A stretch of DNA of 64,000 nucleotides from the NCBI GenBank assembly GCA_016204995.1, contig JACQJR010000001.1, forward strand, positions 539,034-603,033, written 5' to 3'. The position numbers were made by a program, and so were the translations under genes. Below, piece by piece: positions 8,954-18,280 of the stretch. Position 1 is the first letter of the stretch; each line of letters begins with the position of its first letter. Source of the stretch: Candidatus Microgenomates bacterium. Lineage in GTDB: Bacteria > Patescibacteriota > Microgenomatia > UBA8517 > JACQJR01. A model generated the notes under the pieces. That model was not told where the DNA came from and made no database searches. It was given only the letters and a program-made list of their open reading frames with translations.

Positions 8954-9933
8954 TGAAAATATTTATCACTCGCCGAATACCTGGTTCAGCCTTAGATAAA
9001 TTGAAAGAAGTTGGTGATGTTACCATTTCTCCTTACGATCGGCCGATTCAGCTGGAAGAGTTGATTGCCGGCGTAAGAGATGCTGATGCGCTGTTATGTT
9101 TACTGAACGATCATATTGACGCTAAAGTGATGGAGATGGCTCCAAATTTAAAAATTATTGCCAATTATGCCGTTGGTTTTGATAATGTGGATGTGGCCGC
9201 GGCTACCGAACGGGGCATTGTGGTAACGAATACCAGTTCGGATGAAGTTAGCGAAGCCGTAGCCGAATTTAGCTGGGCTTTAATTTTATCTTTATCCCGC
9301 CGTATTATTGAAGGCGATGAATTTGGCCGCAAAGGCGCTTATCAAGGTTGGGAGCCGGATTTATTTTTAGGTCGGGATGTTTATGGCAAAACTTTAGGTA
9401 TTGTCGGTTTGGGCAGGATTGGAGTAATGGTGGCTCGCAGAGCCCGCGGTTTTAAGATGAAAGTACTTTATAACAAACGAGAAAGAGATGAAAAAGCAGA
9501 ACAGGAATTAGGGGTAGAATTTCGCGATTTAGATAGCCTTTTAGCAGAAGCAGATTTTGTTACTTTACATGTGCCGTTAAGTAAGGAAACTCGCCATTTA
9601 ATTTCCGAAGCGCAACTGGCTAAAATGAGACCAACTTCATATTTAATTAATACCAGTCGGGGCGGAGTAGTAGATGAACATGCTTTAGTTAGCGCTTTAA
9701 AGTCGGGCAAAATTGCCGGAAGCGCCTTGGATGTTCACGAAAATGAGCCGGAAATGAATCCTGAACTTTTAATGATGGAAAATGTGATTTTGACTCCGCA
9801 TATGGCTTCAGCCACCGAAGAGGTCAGAGAAAAAATGACCAGCCAGGCAGTAGAAGCAATAGTTAAAACTTTAGCCGGCGAGAAACCAGAAAATTTAATT
9901 AATCCGGAGGTGTGGGAGAAGAGGAAGAAGTAA
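8953..9933 (+). CDS. D-2-hydroxyacid (glycerate/glyoxylate) dehydrogenase
   Basis: GIVGLGRIG, INTSRG, LDVHENEP and TPHMAS motifs; TAATG overlap start. Confidence 0.9.
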   Translation: MKIFITRRIPGSALDKLKEVGDVTISPYDRPIQLEELIAGVRDADALLCLLNDHIDAKVMEMAPNLKIIANYAVGFDNVDVAAATERGIVVTNTSSDEVSEAVAEFSWALILSLSRRIIEGDEFGRKGAYQGWEPDLFLGRDVYGKTLGIVGLGRIGVMVARRARGFKMKVLYNKRERDEKAEQELGVEFRDLDSLLAEADFVTLHVPLSKETRHLISEAQLAKMRPTSYLINTSRGGVVDEHALVSALKSGKIAGSALDVHENEPEMNPELLMMENVILTPHMASATEEVREKMTSQAVEAIVKTLAGEKPENLINPEVWEKRKK

Positions 9934-9936
9934 AAT

Positions 9937-10012
9937 ATTGAGGTTAGATGTTAGAGCTTAGAAGTTAGAAATATTTACTCTCTAATCTCTAATTTCTAAA
10001 ATCTAATATCAA
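9937..10012. repeat. 7-bp-period inverted array (TTAGA / TCTAA)
   Basis: ttagatg ttagagc ttagaag ttagaaa ... tctaatc tctaatt tctaaaa tctaata. Confidence 0.85.
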
Positions 10013-10020
10013 AAAAACTT

Positions 10021-10287
10021 ATGTTTAGGTTGGGCAGAAAAAAAGTCATTGAAGAGCCGATGAGAATTTCTTCTTCCGGCGCAGCCGGACCGCGGTACAA
10101 ACAAAAGCAGCCACCGAAGCCTTGGGGTAAAAAAGAGAGAATGCTGATAGTTTTTATCTTACTGGCTACCTTAATCGCCGGCCTAACCTCTTGGTTAAGT
10201 AATGGCGGAGGTGTATCCATACCTAGCTTTTCCCTGCCGAATTTTTCCCTAGAAATTCCCTCCCAAACCGTGGAATTAGGTCGGTGA
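10021..10287 (+). CDS. small single-TM hypothetical protein (possibly an N-terminal remnant)
   Basis: basic N-terminus plus one TM; convergent 12-nt overlap with the PBP gene. Confidence 0.5.
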   Translation: MFRLGRKKVIEEPMRISSSGAAGPRYKQKQPPKPWGKKERMLIVFILLATLIAGLTSWLSNGGGVSIPSFSLPNFSLEIPSQTVELGR

Positions 10288-12759
10288 AGGAGGGGGTGAA
10301 TTCTCTTCTTTAGGAGCCAGTTTGCAATAATTTTTAGGCTGGTTTTCTTCCAGAAAAAACTCGCGTTTGACTGGACAATTCTCGCAAGGTAACGTTCCGG
10401 TGATAGAGCAAATGGGAATTTCTACGATGCCGGCCGGTTTTCCCCAAGAGTGATTAGTTGCATCACGCAATAATTCTGCCATAATGTTGTGCCAAATAGG
10501 GGTGGCGCCGGAAATTCCCGAGGCCACATGCGACATTGGTGTATTATCGTTGTTGCCTACCCAAGCTAGGACCACGTAGTTTTGGGTGTAGCCAATAGCC
10601 CAGTTGTCGCGCAGATTTTGGGTGGTGCCGGTTTTAACTGCCACCTCGCTGTGATTGGGAATTACCAGCAAAGAACGAGGGCCAAAAACCGGAAGGCGGG
10701 CATTATTGTCGCTTAAAATACTGGTGATTAAGAAGGCAATGCGAGGATCTAAGACCTGCTCGTCGTCACAAGCGAAATTATCATCTGGAGATTGTGCGGC
10801 CAAAGCTTTTGGAATTATAAATTGAAAATTGCTTATTGTAAATTGAAAATTATTCTGGCACTTGTTTTCTTCCAGCACGCGGCCGTTGCTATCGGTAATT
10901 TTCAGAATAGGATTTAAGGCTACTTTTTGGCCATAATTGGCCAAGGTGCCAAACACCACGGCCATATCTACCATTTTGACTTCACCGCCGCCTAAAGTAA
11001 GGGATAAGCCAAAGCGGGAAGGATCGTCCCAGGTAGTGATACCCAATTTTTTACCTTGCTCTATCATTTTAACTACCCCATAAGAATTTAAAACTTTGAC
11101 CGCCGGAACATTAAGAGATGATCCCAAGGCGGTTCTTAAAGTAACATTGCCGCGAAATTTACTGTCATAATTGTGAGGCGTATAGGGGGTTTGGCCGGCT
11201 TGTGGATAACTAACCGGCGTGTCCTGTAAAATAGTGGCCGGCGTATAACCATGAGCCAGGGCGTAGGAATAATTAACTGGTTTGATAGAGGAGCCGGGTT
11301 GACGACTGGCAGTCGTCACATTAAAATTACCGCTTTTTTTAACATTAAAATAGTCGGTGGAGCCAACCATCGCTAAAATTTCGCCGCTGGCAGGACTGGT
11401 GACCATGGCCGCTCCATTTCCTACTCTTAAGTTAGCCAGTCTGCCAACTTCAAGGGAGACAATTTTTTGGGCTTTTTCCTGTAAGTCTAAATCTAAAGTG
11501 GTAGTGACTGTTAAACCTCCTTCTTCCACCAGGCGCTCCCCGTATTTTTCTGCCAGGAGTTGTCTGACATACATCACAAAATGAGGGGCCCGGATTTCTT
11601 GAACATTAAGAGCAAATGTTAGAGGTTCATTTTCTGCTGTCTGGGCTTGATTAGTGCTGATATATCCTTCCTGGACCATTCTGTCTAAGACTAACTTTTG
11701 TCGAGACCGGGCTAGATCTGGGTCAGAGCCAAAAGGAGAAAACTTGGTCGGAGCAGCTGGCAGGCCGGCAAGGAGAGTGCTTTGAGCCAGATCTAAATCA
11801 CGTGCGCTTTTTCCAAAGTAAAGTTGAGCCGCTTCTTCCACCCCATAAGCTGCCCCGCCATAAGAAACCTCATTTAAATACATGGTCAAAATTTCTTTTT
11901 TGGTAAATTTAAATTCAGTAAAGACCGCCAGAATTATTTCTTTGAATTTTCTGCCCCAGGTTTTTTCCGGTGAGAGCAGGGCATTTTTTACCAGTTGTTG
12001 AGTAATGGTGGAGCCGCCGGTTAATTCTCCCCGGGCAATATTCCTTTGGGCGGAACGGACAATACCTCGTAAAGAGAAACCGGGGTGGGAATAAAATTCG
12101 GCATCCTCAATGGCAATGGTGGCCTGCTGCAGATTATTAGGAATTTCTGCTAAATTCAAATTAGTGCGGTTTTGATTTCGGTAAATTTTAAATAATAATT
12201 TGCCATTCCTGTCTAAAATATGAGTGGTTAAGGGTCGGGGTTTAGCCACTAAATCTTCCGGATTGGGCAAGTCGCGTAGAATTGTCCACCAAAATAAAAA
12301 AGATAGCAAAAAGGCTCCCGCTAGGGCCACGCCGACCACTTTAGTTCTTCTTTTAATCACGAGTGGAGCAGTAGTAGTGTGGCGGGGAATAATTTTCTCG
12401 GCCCTTCGGGTCAGTTTGGTGCCGGCTCGGGGAATTTTGGCAATTTTAGCTTTAACTTTTTCCAAAAAATATAAGGGAGTAATAATAATTGGTTTTTTCC
12501 AGAAGATTAAAAATTTCCAAGAATATTTTTTGATTTTGAGAATGACAATTCTAGCTGCTAAAAAGAGAAAGAGAATAAAAAAGGGAATTCGGCGGATAAA
12601 TAATTGGCCAATTTGATAAAAAAGAACCAGTAGAAGGATAATGATTGACTCAACTATTAAATATAATGGATAGCCAATAAAGGAGAAAAACTTAGTTAAC
12701 AATCTGACTAGTTTTTTTGTTACCGGAATGCGTTTGTGTTTGCGGGAAGTTCTAGCCAT
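10276..12759 (-). CDS. class A penicillin-binding protein (transglycosylase/transpeptidase)
   Basis: EDAEFYSH, GGSTITQQL, SSIK, SLN and KTGT motifs. Confidence 0.95.
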   Translation of the reverse strand: MARTSRKHKRIPVTKKLVRLLTKFFSFIGYPLYLIVESIIILLLVLFYQIGQLFIRRIPFFILFLFLAARIVILKIKKYSWKFLIFWKKPIIITPLYFLEKVKAKIAKIPRAGTKLTRRAEKIIPRHTTTAPLVIKRRTKVVGVALAGAFLLSFLFWWTILRDLPNPEDLVAKPRPLTTHILDRNGKLLFKIYRNQNRTNLNLAEIPNNLQQATIAIEDAEFYSHPGFSLRGIVRSAQRNIARGELTGGSTITQQLVKNALLSPEKTWGRKFKEIILAVFTEFKFTKKEILTMYLNEVSYGGAAYGVEEAAQLYFGKSARDLDLAQSTLLAGLPAAPTKFSPFGSDPDLARSRQKLVLDRMVQEGYISTNQAQTAENEPLTFALNVQEIRAPHFVMYVRQLLAEKYGERLVEEGGLTVTTTLDLDLQEKAQKIVSLEVGRLANLRVGNGAAMVTSPASGEILAMVGSTDYFNVKKSGNFNVTTASRQPGSSIKPVNYSYALAHGYTPATILQDTPVSYPQAGQTPYTPHNYDSKFRGNVTLRTALGSSLNVPAVKVLNSYGVVKMIEQGKKLGITTWDDPSRFGLSLTLGGGEVKMVDMAVVFGTLANYGQKVALNPILKITDSNGRVLEENKCQNNFQFTISNFQFIIPKALAAQSPDDNFACDDEQVLDPRIAFLITSILSDNNARLPVFGPRSLLVIPNHSEVAVKTGTTQNLRDNWAIGYTQNYVVLAWVGNNDNTPMSHVASGISGATPIWHNIMAELLRDATNHSWGKPAGIVEIPICSITGTLPCENCPVKREFFLEENQPKNYCKLAPKEENSPPPSPT
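10813..10855 (-). repeat. in-frame 7-bp array inside the PBP (NNFQFTISNFQFII)
   Basis: attgaaa attgctt attgtaa attgaaa on the + strand; absent from the adjacent paralog. Confidence 0.75.
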
Positions 12760-12824
12760 AAAATTGCCGAGGGCTAGCTTTGGGGTATTGTATCAGAGAG
12801 TGCAAGAGGAGTTAAGGGGTAAAA

Positions 12825-15077
12825 TTACAATTCATCGGGATTGATGACGGTTGATTCGGTGGCTTCAGGAGTACCTTCAACAAGGGTGCAATCAAGACAA
12901 ACTTGGGTACCCAGAATATCGGTGACAATAGAATGTTCCTGCACTTCAATATTTTCCGGCGGAGTTTTACTGTTAGCCAGGCGGCCGGTCGTTTTATCAA
13001 TATTAACCTGGCGGCGCAAATTTTCCGTTTCGGTGGGGACAGTCCCTTCCAGGAAATATTCAAAGCGGGTGGCGCAGCCGGGATTATCCGGTTGGTCTGG
13101 ATTGGGCGGCAAGAGTCCGGATGGCGTACAGATATTAGCTCCGATAACGCCATCAGGTTGGCGAGACCAGGGATGACCGTGTTTGCCCGATGATTCGCCT
13201 AAATCGCGGACTTCACCTGCCTCAATTTTATCCAGGGTAAATTTCATAATTTTATTCCAAATGGGAGAGGCGCCGGAGACGCCAGAAACGGCGCCAGACA
13301 TAGGCGTATTATCATTATTACCCACCCAAGCGGCCACCACGGCGTCGCTATCATAGCCGATCGTCCAGTTGTCCCGCCGATCATTAGTAGTACCGGTTTT
13401 GGCTGACACTTCAGGGTGATTACCAAGAACCAGGTATGAGACGGGGCCAAAAGTGGGCTGGCGGGCGTTGTTATCATAGAGAATATGAGAAATTAGGAAG
13501 GTCACCTCTAAAGGTAAAACCCGATCACCGTCTACTACCTCGTGTTTTTGTAATATTTTTCCTTTGGCATCCTTAACTTCGCGGATACCAAATAAATCCT
13601 GTTTGATGCCGCCGTTAGCAAAAACGCCAAAAGTAACTGCCATATCCACCATTTTGACTTCGCCGCCGCCCAAAGTGAGTGATAAGCCATAGCGGGTGGG
13701 ATCGGTAATAGTAGTTAACCCCATTTTTTGGGCAAAAGGGACAAATTCATTCAAGGTGTTGAGGGTTAACATTTTAACGGCCGGTAAATTATAAGAGTTA
13801 CCTAGCGCAAAACGGAGCTGGACTGGGCCATGAAAGCTATGATCATAATTAATGGGACAGTAAAGCGGTTGACCCACTACTTGAAAACAAGTGGGAATGT
13901 CGGCAAATAAAGAAGCCGGTGTGACTTTATGGTTTAACAGGCCGAGGGCGTAATTAATTGGTTTAATAGAGGAGCCTGGCTGGCGGGGAGAGAGAGTGAC
14001 ATTAACTTGACCGTCTTCATCTTCGGCAAAATAATTTTTAGAGCCTACCATGGCTAAAATTTCGCCGGTTTTGGGATGGGTGACTAAAGCTGCGCCATTA
14101 CCCACTTTTTGCTTAGCCAGTCTGCCTACTTCTTTAGCGACAGTTTCTTCTGCTGTTTTTTGAATGTCTAAATCTAAAGTAGTGGTAACTTGGAGGCCTC
14201 CTTGTTCCACTAGTCTTTCTCCAAATTCCTCCACCAGTTGTTCTTTAATCCACAGGGCAAAATGGATACCGGCTGGAGTTTTATTGTCGGCTGACTTTCT
14301 AAAGCGCAAGGAAGTTTTAGTCGCCTCATCCGCTTGCTCGGCAGTTATATATTTATCCTCCACCATCCGCCGCAACACTGCCTGTTGCCGGTTCTTGGCC
14401 AGTTGAGGGTTGGCGCCAAAAGGAGAAAATTTAGTAGGCGCTGCTGGCAAACCAGCTAGCAGAGCCGCTTCTGATAAAGTTAAATCGCTGGCTGATTTGC
14501 CAAAATAGGTTTGCGAGGCTGACTCAATGCCGTAAGCAGTGCCCCCATAGGGGATTTGGTTTAAGTACATTTCTAAAATTTGGTCTTTGGAGAAGATTAA
14601 CTCGGCTACTAGGGTTAGTGATAATTCGCGAAATTTACGCCGTAAACTGCGCTCTGGAGTAAGCAGGGCTGTTTTGACTAATTGTTGAGTGATGGTAGAA
14701 CCGCCTTGTAATTTTTGGTTGAATATGGTGTTGCGAGCTGCCCGAATAATACCGGCAGGATCAACGCCAAAATGTTTATAAAAGTCTTTATCTTCAATCG
14801 CGATAGTGGCCTGTTTAACATAAGGAGGTAATTCAGATAAACTAATCGGCGTCCGCCTTTTTTCCGTAAAAATTTCATAAATGAGCTGGCCGTTTCTGTC
14901 TAAAATTTTGGTAGAGATAGGAAAATATTCGCTGGAGGTTAAATGAAAAATCAATCTCAAATCAGTGATAATGGTGAGTAGCAGGAGGGCGGCAACGACG
15001 GCGAGTATCGCCTTAAGTGGGTGAATGCGGGCAAAAGTGCGAAATCGCTGCCATCTGGCCTTTATTTTTTCTAGCAT
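12825..15077 (-). CDS. class A penicillin-binding protein, tandem paralog
   Basis: EDKDFYKH, GGSTITQQL, SSIK, SYN and KTGT motifs. Confidence 0.95.
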   Translation of the reverse strand: MLEKIKARWQRFRTFARIHPLKAILAVVAALLLLTIITDLRLIFHLTSSEYFPISTKILDRNGQLIYEIFTEKRRTPISLSELPPYVKQATIAIEDKDFYKHFGVDPAGIIRAARNTIFNQKLQGGSTITQQLVKTALLTPERSLRRKFRELSLTLVAELIFSKDQILEMYLNQIPYGGTAYGIESASQTYFGKSASDLTLSEAALLAGLPAAPTKFSPFGANPQLAKNRQQAVLRRMVEDKYITAEQADEATKTSLRFRKSADNKTPAGIHFALWIKEQLVEEFGERLVEQGGLQVTTTLDLDIQKTAEETVAKEVGRLAKQKVGNGAALVTHPKTGEILAMVGSKNYFAEDEDGQVNVTLSPRQPGSSIKPINYALGLLNHKVTPASLFADIPTCFQVVGQPLYCPINYDHSFHGPVQLRFALGNSYNLPAVKMLTLNTLNEFVPFAQKMGLTTITDPTRYGLSLTLGGGEVKMVDMAVTFGVFANGGIKQDLFGIREVKDAKGKILQKHEVVDGDRVLPLEVTFLISHILYDNNARQPTFGPVSYLVLGNHPEVSAKTGTTNDRRDNWTIGYDSDAVVAAWVGNNDNTPMSGAVSGVSGASPIWNKIMKFTLDKIEAGEVRDLGESSGKHGHPWSRQPDGVIGANICTPSGLLPPNPDQPDNPGCATRFEYFLEGTVPTETENLRRQVNIDKTTGRLANSKTPPENIEVQEHSIVTDILGTQVCLDCTLVEGTPEATESTVINPDEL

Positions 15078-15103
15078 ATCTATATTATAACTGATATGAT
15101 TAA

Positions 15104-15586
15104 TTGATGAATGATATTACCCAAAAACCGTGGTGGAGTTATTTAGAGACTAGCCAACAAGATTTATTACTGCAGTCGCAAATGCTACTGGTTAACGAAA
15201 AGGTCCAGGAGAGGCATTTTACCGACTATTCTTTTATTGTTTTTCCCGCCGCTAAGGCTTACGAAGGGTTTTTAAAAAAATTATTTTTTGATTTAGGTTT
15301 TATTAACGAGGCAGTTTATCAAGGTGACAGATTTCGGATTGGCAAAGCTTTAAATCCCAGTTTAGAGAAAGAGTGGCGGCATGAAAGTATTTACGATAAA
15401 TTGGCTGATTTTTGTCAAGGCAGTAAGTTGCCGGATCAATTATGGCAGGCCTGGAAAAATTCCAGAAACAGCGTTTTTCATTTTTGGCCTAATCATCATA
15501 ATTTACTAAGTTTGGAAGAAGCAGAAGCACGAGTGGCAGAAATTATTGCGGCCATCTCGGCCGCATTTGCAGAATGCAAAATATGA
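15104..15586 (+). CDS. HEPN-domain protein resembling the RnlA/RNase LS C-terminal domain
   Basis: FPAAKAYEGFLKK and the Rx4H motif RNSVFH. Confidence 0.6.
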   Translation: MMNDITQKPWWSYLETSQQDLLLQSQMLLVNEKVQERHFTDYSFIVFPAAKAYEGFLKKLFFDLGFINEAVYQGDRFRIGKALNPSLEKEWRHESIYDKLADFCQGSKLPDQLWQAWKNSRNSVFHFWPNHHNLLSLEEAEARVAEIIAAISAAFAECKI

Positions 15587-16239
15587 ATAAATTAAAACAT
15601 GCCATTTCTCTTTATGCTTTTATCTTCGTCGTTTGGGGATTTTATCGCTTGCTTTTTAAATTGCCGGAGGTTGTGGAAGAATTAATGCTGAAACTCTTGG
15701 TTTGGCTGGTTCCGCTTTACTGGGTGCTCGCGAAGGAGGGTGTAAGCTCGTCCGCCGAAGCGCTGAAGAGCGTAGGATGGACTAACAAGAATATTTTCAA
15801 AAGTATTTATCTGGCCATTGGTTTGGGAGTGTTATTTGCCGCTGAAGGCATGATTATAAATAGCGTCAAATACGGCGGCTCTTTTAATTTCTTGCAAATT
15901 TCTTTAAGCGGCGTGGCCTTGCTGGGTGCTTTGGGATTGTCGCTGGTAACGGCCATTTCCGAAGAAACAGTTTTCCGGGGTTTTATTTTTAGCCGGGTTT
16001 GGCAAGCCATGAATAATGAATGGAAGGCTAATATTCTAACCAGTATTGCCTGGTCGCTGGTACATCTGCCAATTACCATTTTTGTTTTTAAATATGATCC
16101 GGCGCAAATTGCCAGTTTTCTCCTTTTAACTTTTCTTTTTGGAGCCGCTTCCAGTTTTGTCTACGCCAGAACCGGCAATATTGCCTCTTCCGTCTTACTT
16201 CATGTCTTCTGGGAATGGCCGATCATTTTGTTTAGATGA
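15574..16239 (+). CDS. CPBP (CAAX/Abi) intramembrane glutamic protease
   Basis: EETVFRG, WSLVH and LLHVFWE motifs; multi-TM. Confidence 0.88.
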   Translation: MQNMNKLKHAISLYAFIFVVWGFYRLLFKLPEVVEELMLKLLVWLVPLYWVLAKEGVSSSAEALKSVGWTNKNIFKSIYLAIGLGVLFAAEGMIINSVKYGGSFNFLQISLSGVALLGALGLSLVTAISEETVFRGFIFSRVWQAMNNEWKANILTSIAWSLVHLPITIFVFKYDPAQIASFLLLTFLFGAASSFVYARTGNIASSVLLHVFWEWPIILFR

Positions 16240-16248
16240 GGAGTAAAT

Positions 16249-16356
16249 ATGACTGAATTACAAGCTTTTTATTTAATTTCAGCAATAGTCCTGCTAGCCC
16301 TTTCTCTTTTGGCCGCGCCAACATTATGGAAGCGCTCTAAAAAAAGAAAAAAGTAA
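16249..16356 (+). CDS. 35-aa single-TM small protein (not in ORF track)
   Basis: SD gaggag; MTELQAFYLISAIVLLALSLLAAPTLWKRSKKRKK. Confidence 0.6.
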   Translation: MTELQAFYLISAIVLLALSLLAAPTLWKRSKKRKK

Positions 16357-16406
16357 CTTCAATTAAATTTGCTTACAGCTTCAAAAAGTGCTATAAATTT
16401 CCATAT

Positions 16407-17007
16407 ATGAATTGGCAAGAAAGGATAAGGGAAGTAGAAATAAGACGACAAGGAGAGGAAAGAGGGCGACTACAGCAACAGTTGGTAGAACGCCAGCGGA
16501 TAGATACCGAAAGAAATGCTATTTTACAACGCCTGGAAGTAGAGAAGTTATTAAAAGGTATAAGAGATGAAGTGTGGGGAGGAGCAGGGGGATGTTAAAC
16601 CTTTACCAGGTAGTTTGGGTTTTGAGTTAACTTTTCAATATAGGGATATAACGATGGCAGGTGGTAGTCCCCGCGATATTCCTTATGCTATAGTTGTTAC
16701 CAAACAGCTTTCTTTAGAAGTAAGGTTGGACTATTGTGAAATTGGTGGTAAATATATGCACGGCAGCCAAAAATTGTATGAATATATATCATCTGCTGGG
16801 TATTATTTAGATGTAGATGCAGATGATTTGTGTAGTTATGGGGGTGCGAAAAATCATAAGTTGATTAAAACTGTAGATCCCAAAGCAAAAGAATTATTGA
16901 TAGATACTCTGGCAGATTATTGCTATCAGCAACGTTTAGACGGAAAACGCCTTCACCAACTAGCTGTTGGGGGAGAGAAAAATATTAGAGCTAATGGTTT
17001 AAAATAG
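16407..17007 (+). pseudogene. hypothetical gene frameshifted at a G5 run (16587-16591)
   Basis: removing one G joins 16407..16598 and 16567..17007 (..VWGGAG-DVKPL..) into a 199-aa ORF. Confidence 0.55.
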
Positions 17008-17011
17008 CAAT

Positions 17012-18211
17012 GTGGTTAGTCTCCTTAAAATAAGTTTACTGCTAACAGTTTTTGCGTTACCCCTAATTTCTCCTTTTAATGCTTTTGGTTATGAGAAAGC
17101 TAAAGTAATAGTATTTCTTTTTCTTAATAGTTTTAATTTATTGTTATGGGTGCTTGCTTTATGGAAATATCCCAAGAAGATAAAAATTAAGTGGAATAAC
17201 TTAAAACTGGCAGGGTTAGTTTTTATTATAATTTTATTCATTGCTTCTCTAAGTGGCGTTGATCTATTAACTAGCTTAGTCGGCCGCGAGCCATACTTTC
17301 AAGGATGGGTAGTCTACAGCTATCTATTTACTTTTTATTTAATGGTTTCTTCAATAAAAATTCCTCTAAAAAATTGGGCGACAGTTTTAATAACTTCGGC
17401 CACCATAGTTTCTCTGATTGCTATTAAAGATTGGTTGCTGGTTTTTTTATTAAATATAAATTTAGCTACTTATGCCGGCCGAGTCGGTTCTACTTTTGGC
17501 CAGCCAAATTTTTATGCAGGTTTTCTATTATTGGCTTTGCCATTTCTAACTTTCTTAAAAATAAATAAATTAGCAAAAATTTTAGCAGCACTTATTTTAG
17601 GAACGGGGATAATATTAAGCGGATCGCGAATTGCCATTTTATTTTTACCATTTCTACTTTATTTTTGGCTGGTAATTAGTTTAAAAATTAATTTCAAAAA
17701 AGCGATAAAGGTTTTAGGAATAGTGATCACACTATTAATAATAGCCACGGGAATTTATCTATTGCCTCGTTACTTAGAAGATAGTTTTGGCAAAACAAAA
17801 AATTGGTATGACAGTTATAGCCCAGAAAGAAGAGAATATATTTGGCTGGAAAGTATAAATTTAATTAAAGAGAAATTTGTTTTAGGATATGGTTTAGAAA
17901 ATTTAGCAACCGTGTTTGGTAAAAATTTAAAACCGGAAATTCCCAACGGATTTCCCACCCATATTTTAAATGACATTAAAAATTTAACAGTTAATAGGAC
18001 TCATAATTATTTATTGGACTTGGCAATTTTCAGCGGTATTGGTGGTGTAATTAGTTATTTGGTAATACTCTGGTTAATATTCAAAAGAGCAAGCCAAAAA
18101 TTATTATTAATTCCTTTAATAATATATTTAATTTGGGTCCAATTTCAAAATCAATCAATAGTTCATCTGCTTTATTTTTGGCTGTTAGTAGGATTAATTG
18201 ACTCCGATTGA
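17012..18211 (+). CDS. O-antigen ligase / O-oligosaccharyltransferase-like membrane protein
   Basis: many TMs; STFGQPNFYAGFL, SGSR and RTHNYLLD motifs. Confidence 0.8.
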   Translation: MVSLLKISLLLTVFALPLISPFNAFGYEKAKVIVFLFLNSFNLLLWVLALWKYPKKIKIKWNNLKLAGLVFIIILFIASLSGVDLLTSLVGREPYFQGWVVYSYLFTFYLMVSSIKIPLKNWATVLITSATIVSLIAIKDWLLVFLLNINLATYAGRVGSTFGQPNFYAGFLLLALPFLTFLKINKLAKILAALILGTGIILSGSRIAILFLPFLLYFWLVISLKINFKKAIKVLGIVITLLIIATGIYLLPRYLEDSFGKTKNWYDSYSPERREYIWLESINLIKEKFVLGYGLENLATVFGKNLKPEIPNGFPTHILNDIKNLTVNRTHNYLLDLAIFSGIGGVISYLVILWLIFKRASQKLLLIPLIIYLIWVQFQNQSIVHLLYFWLLVGLIDSD

Positions 18212-18243
18212 ATCGGAGTTGATTCTGAAACCCAAATTGGGTC

Positions 18244-18280
18244 TTGACATGCTGGGGGGGGGAGTTAAATATAAAAAGAG
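18244..18280 (+). promoter_or_regulatory. putative promoter with a G9 tract in the spacer
   Basis: TTGACA 18244-18249, G9 18254-18262, AT-rich -10 candidates before ATG 18281. Confidence 0.45.
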
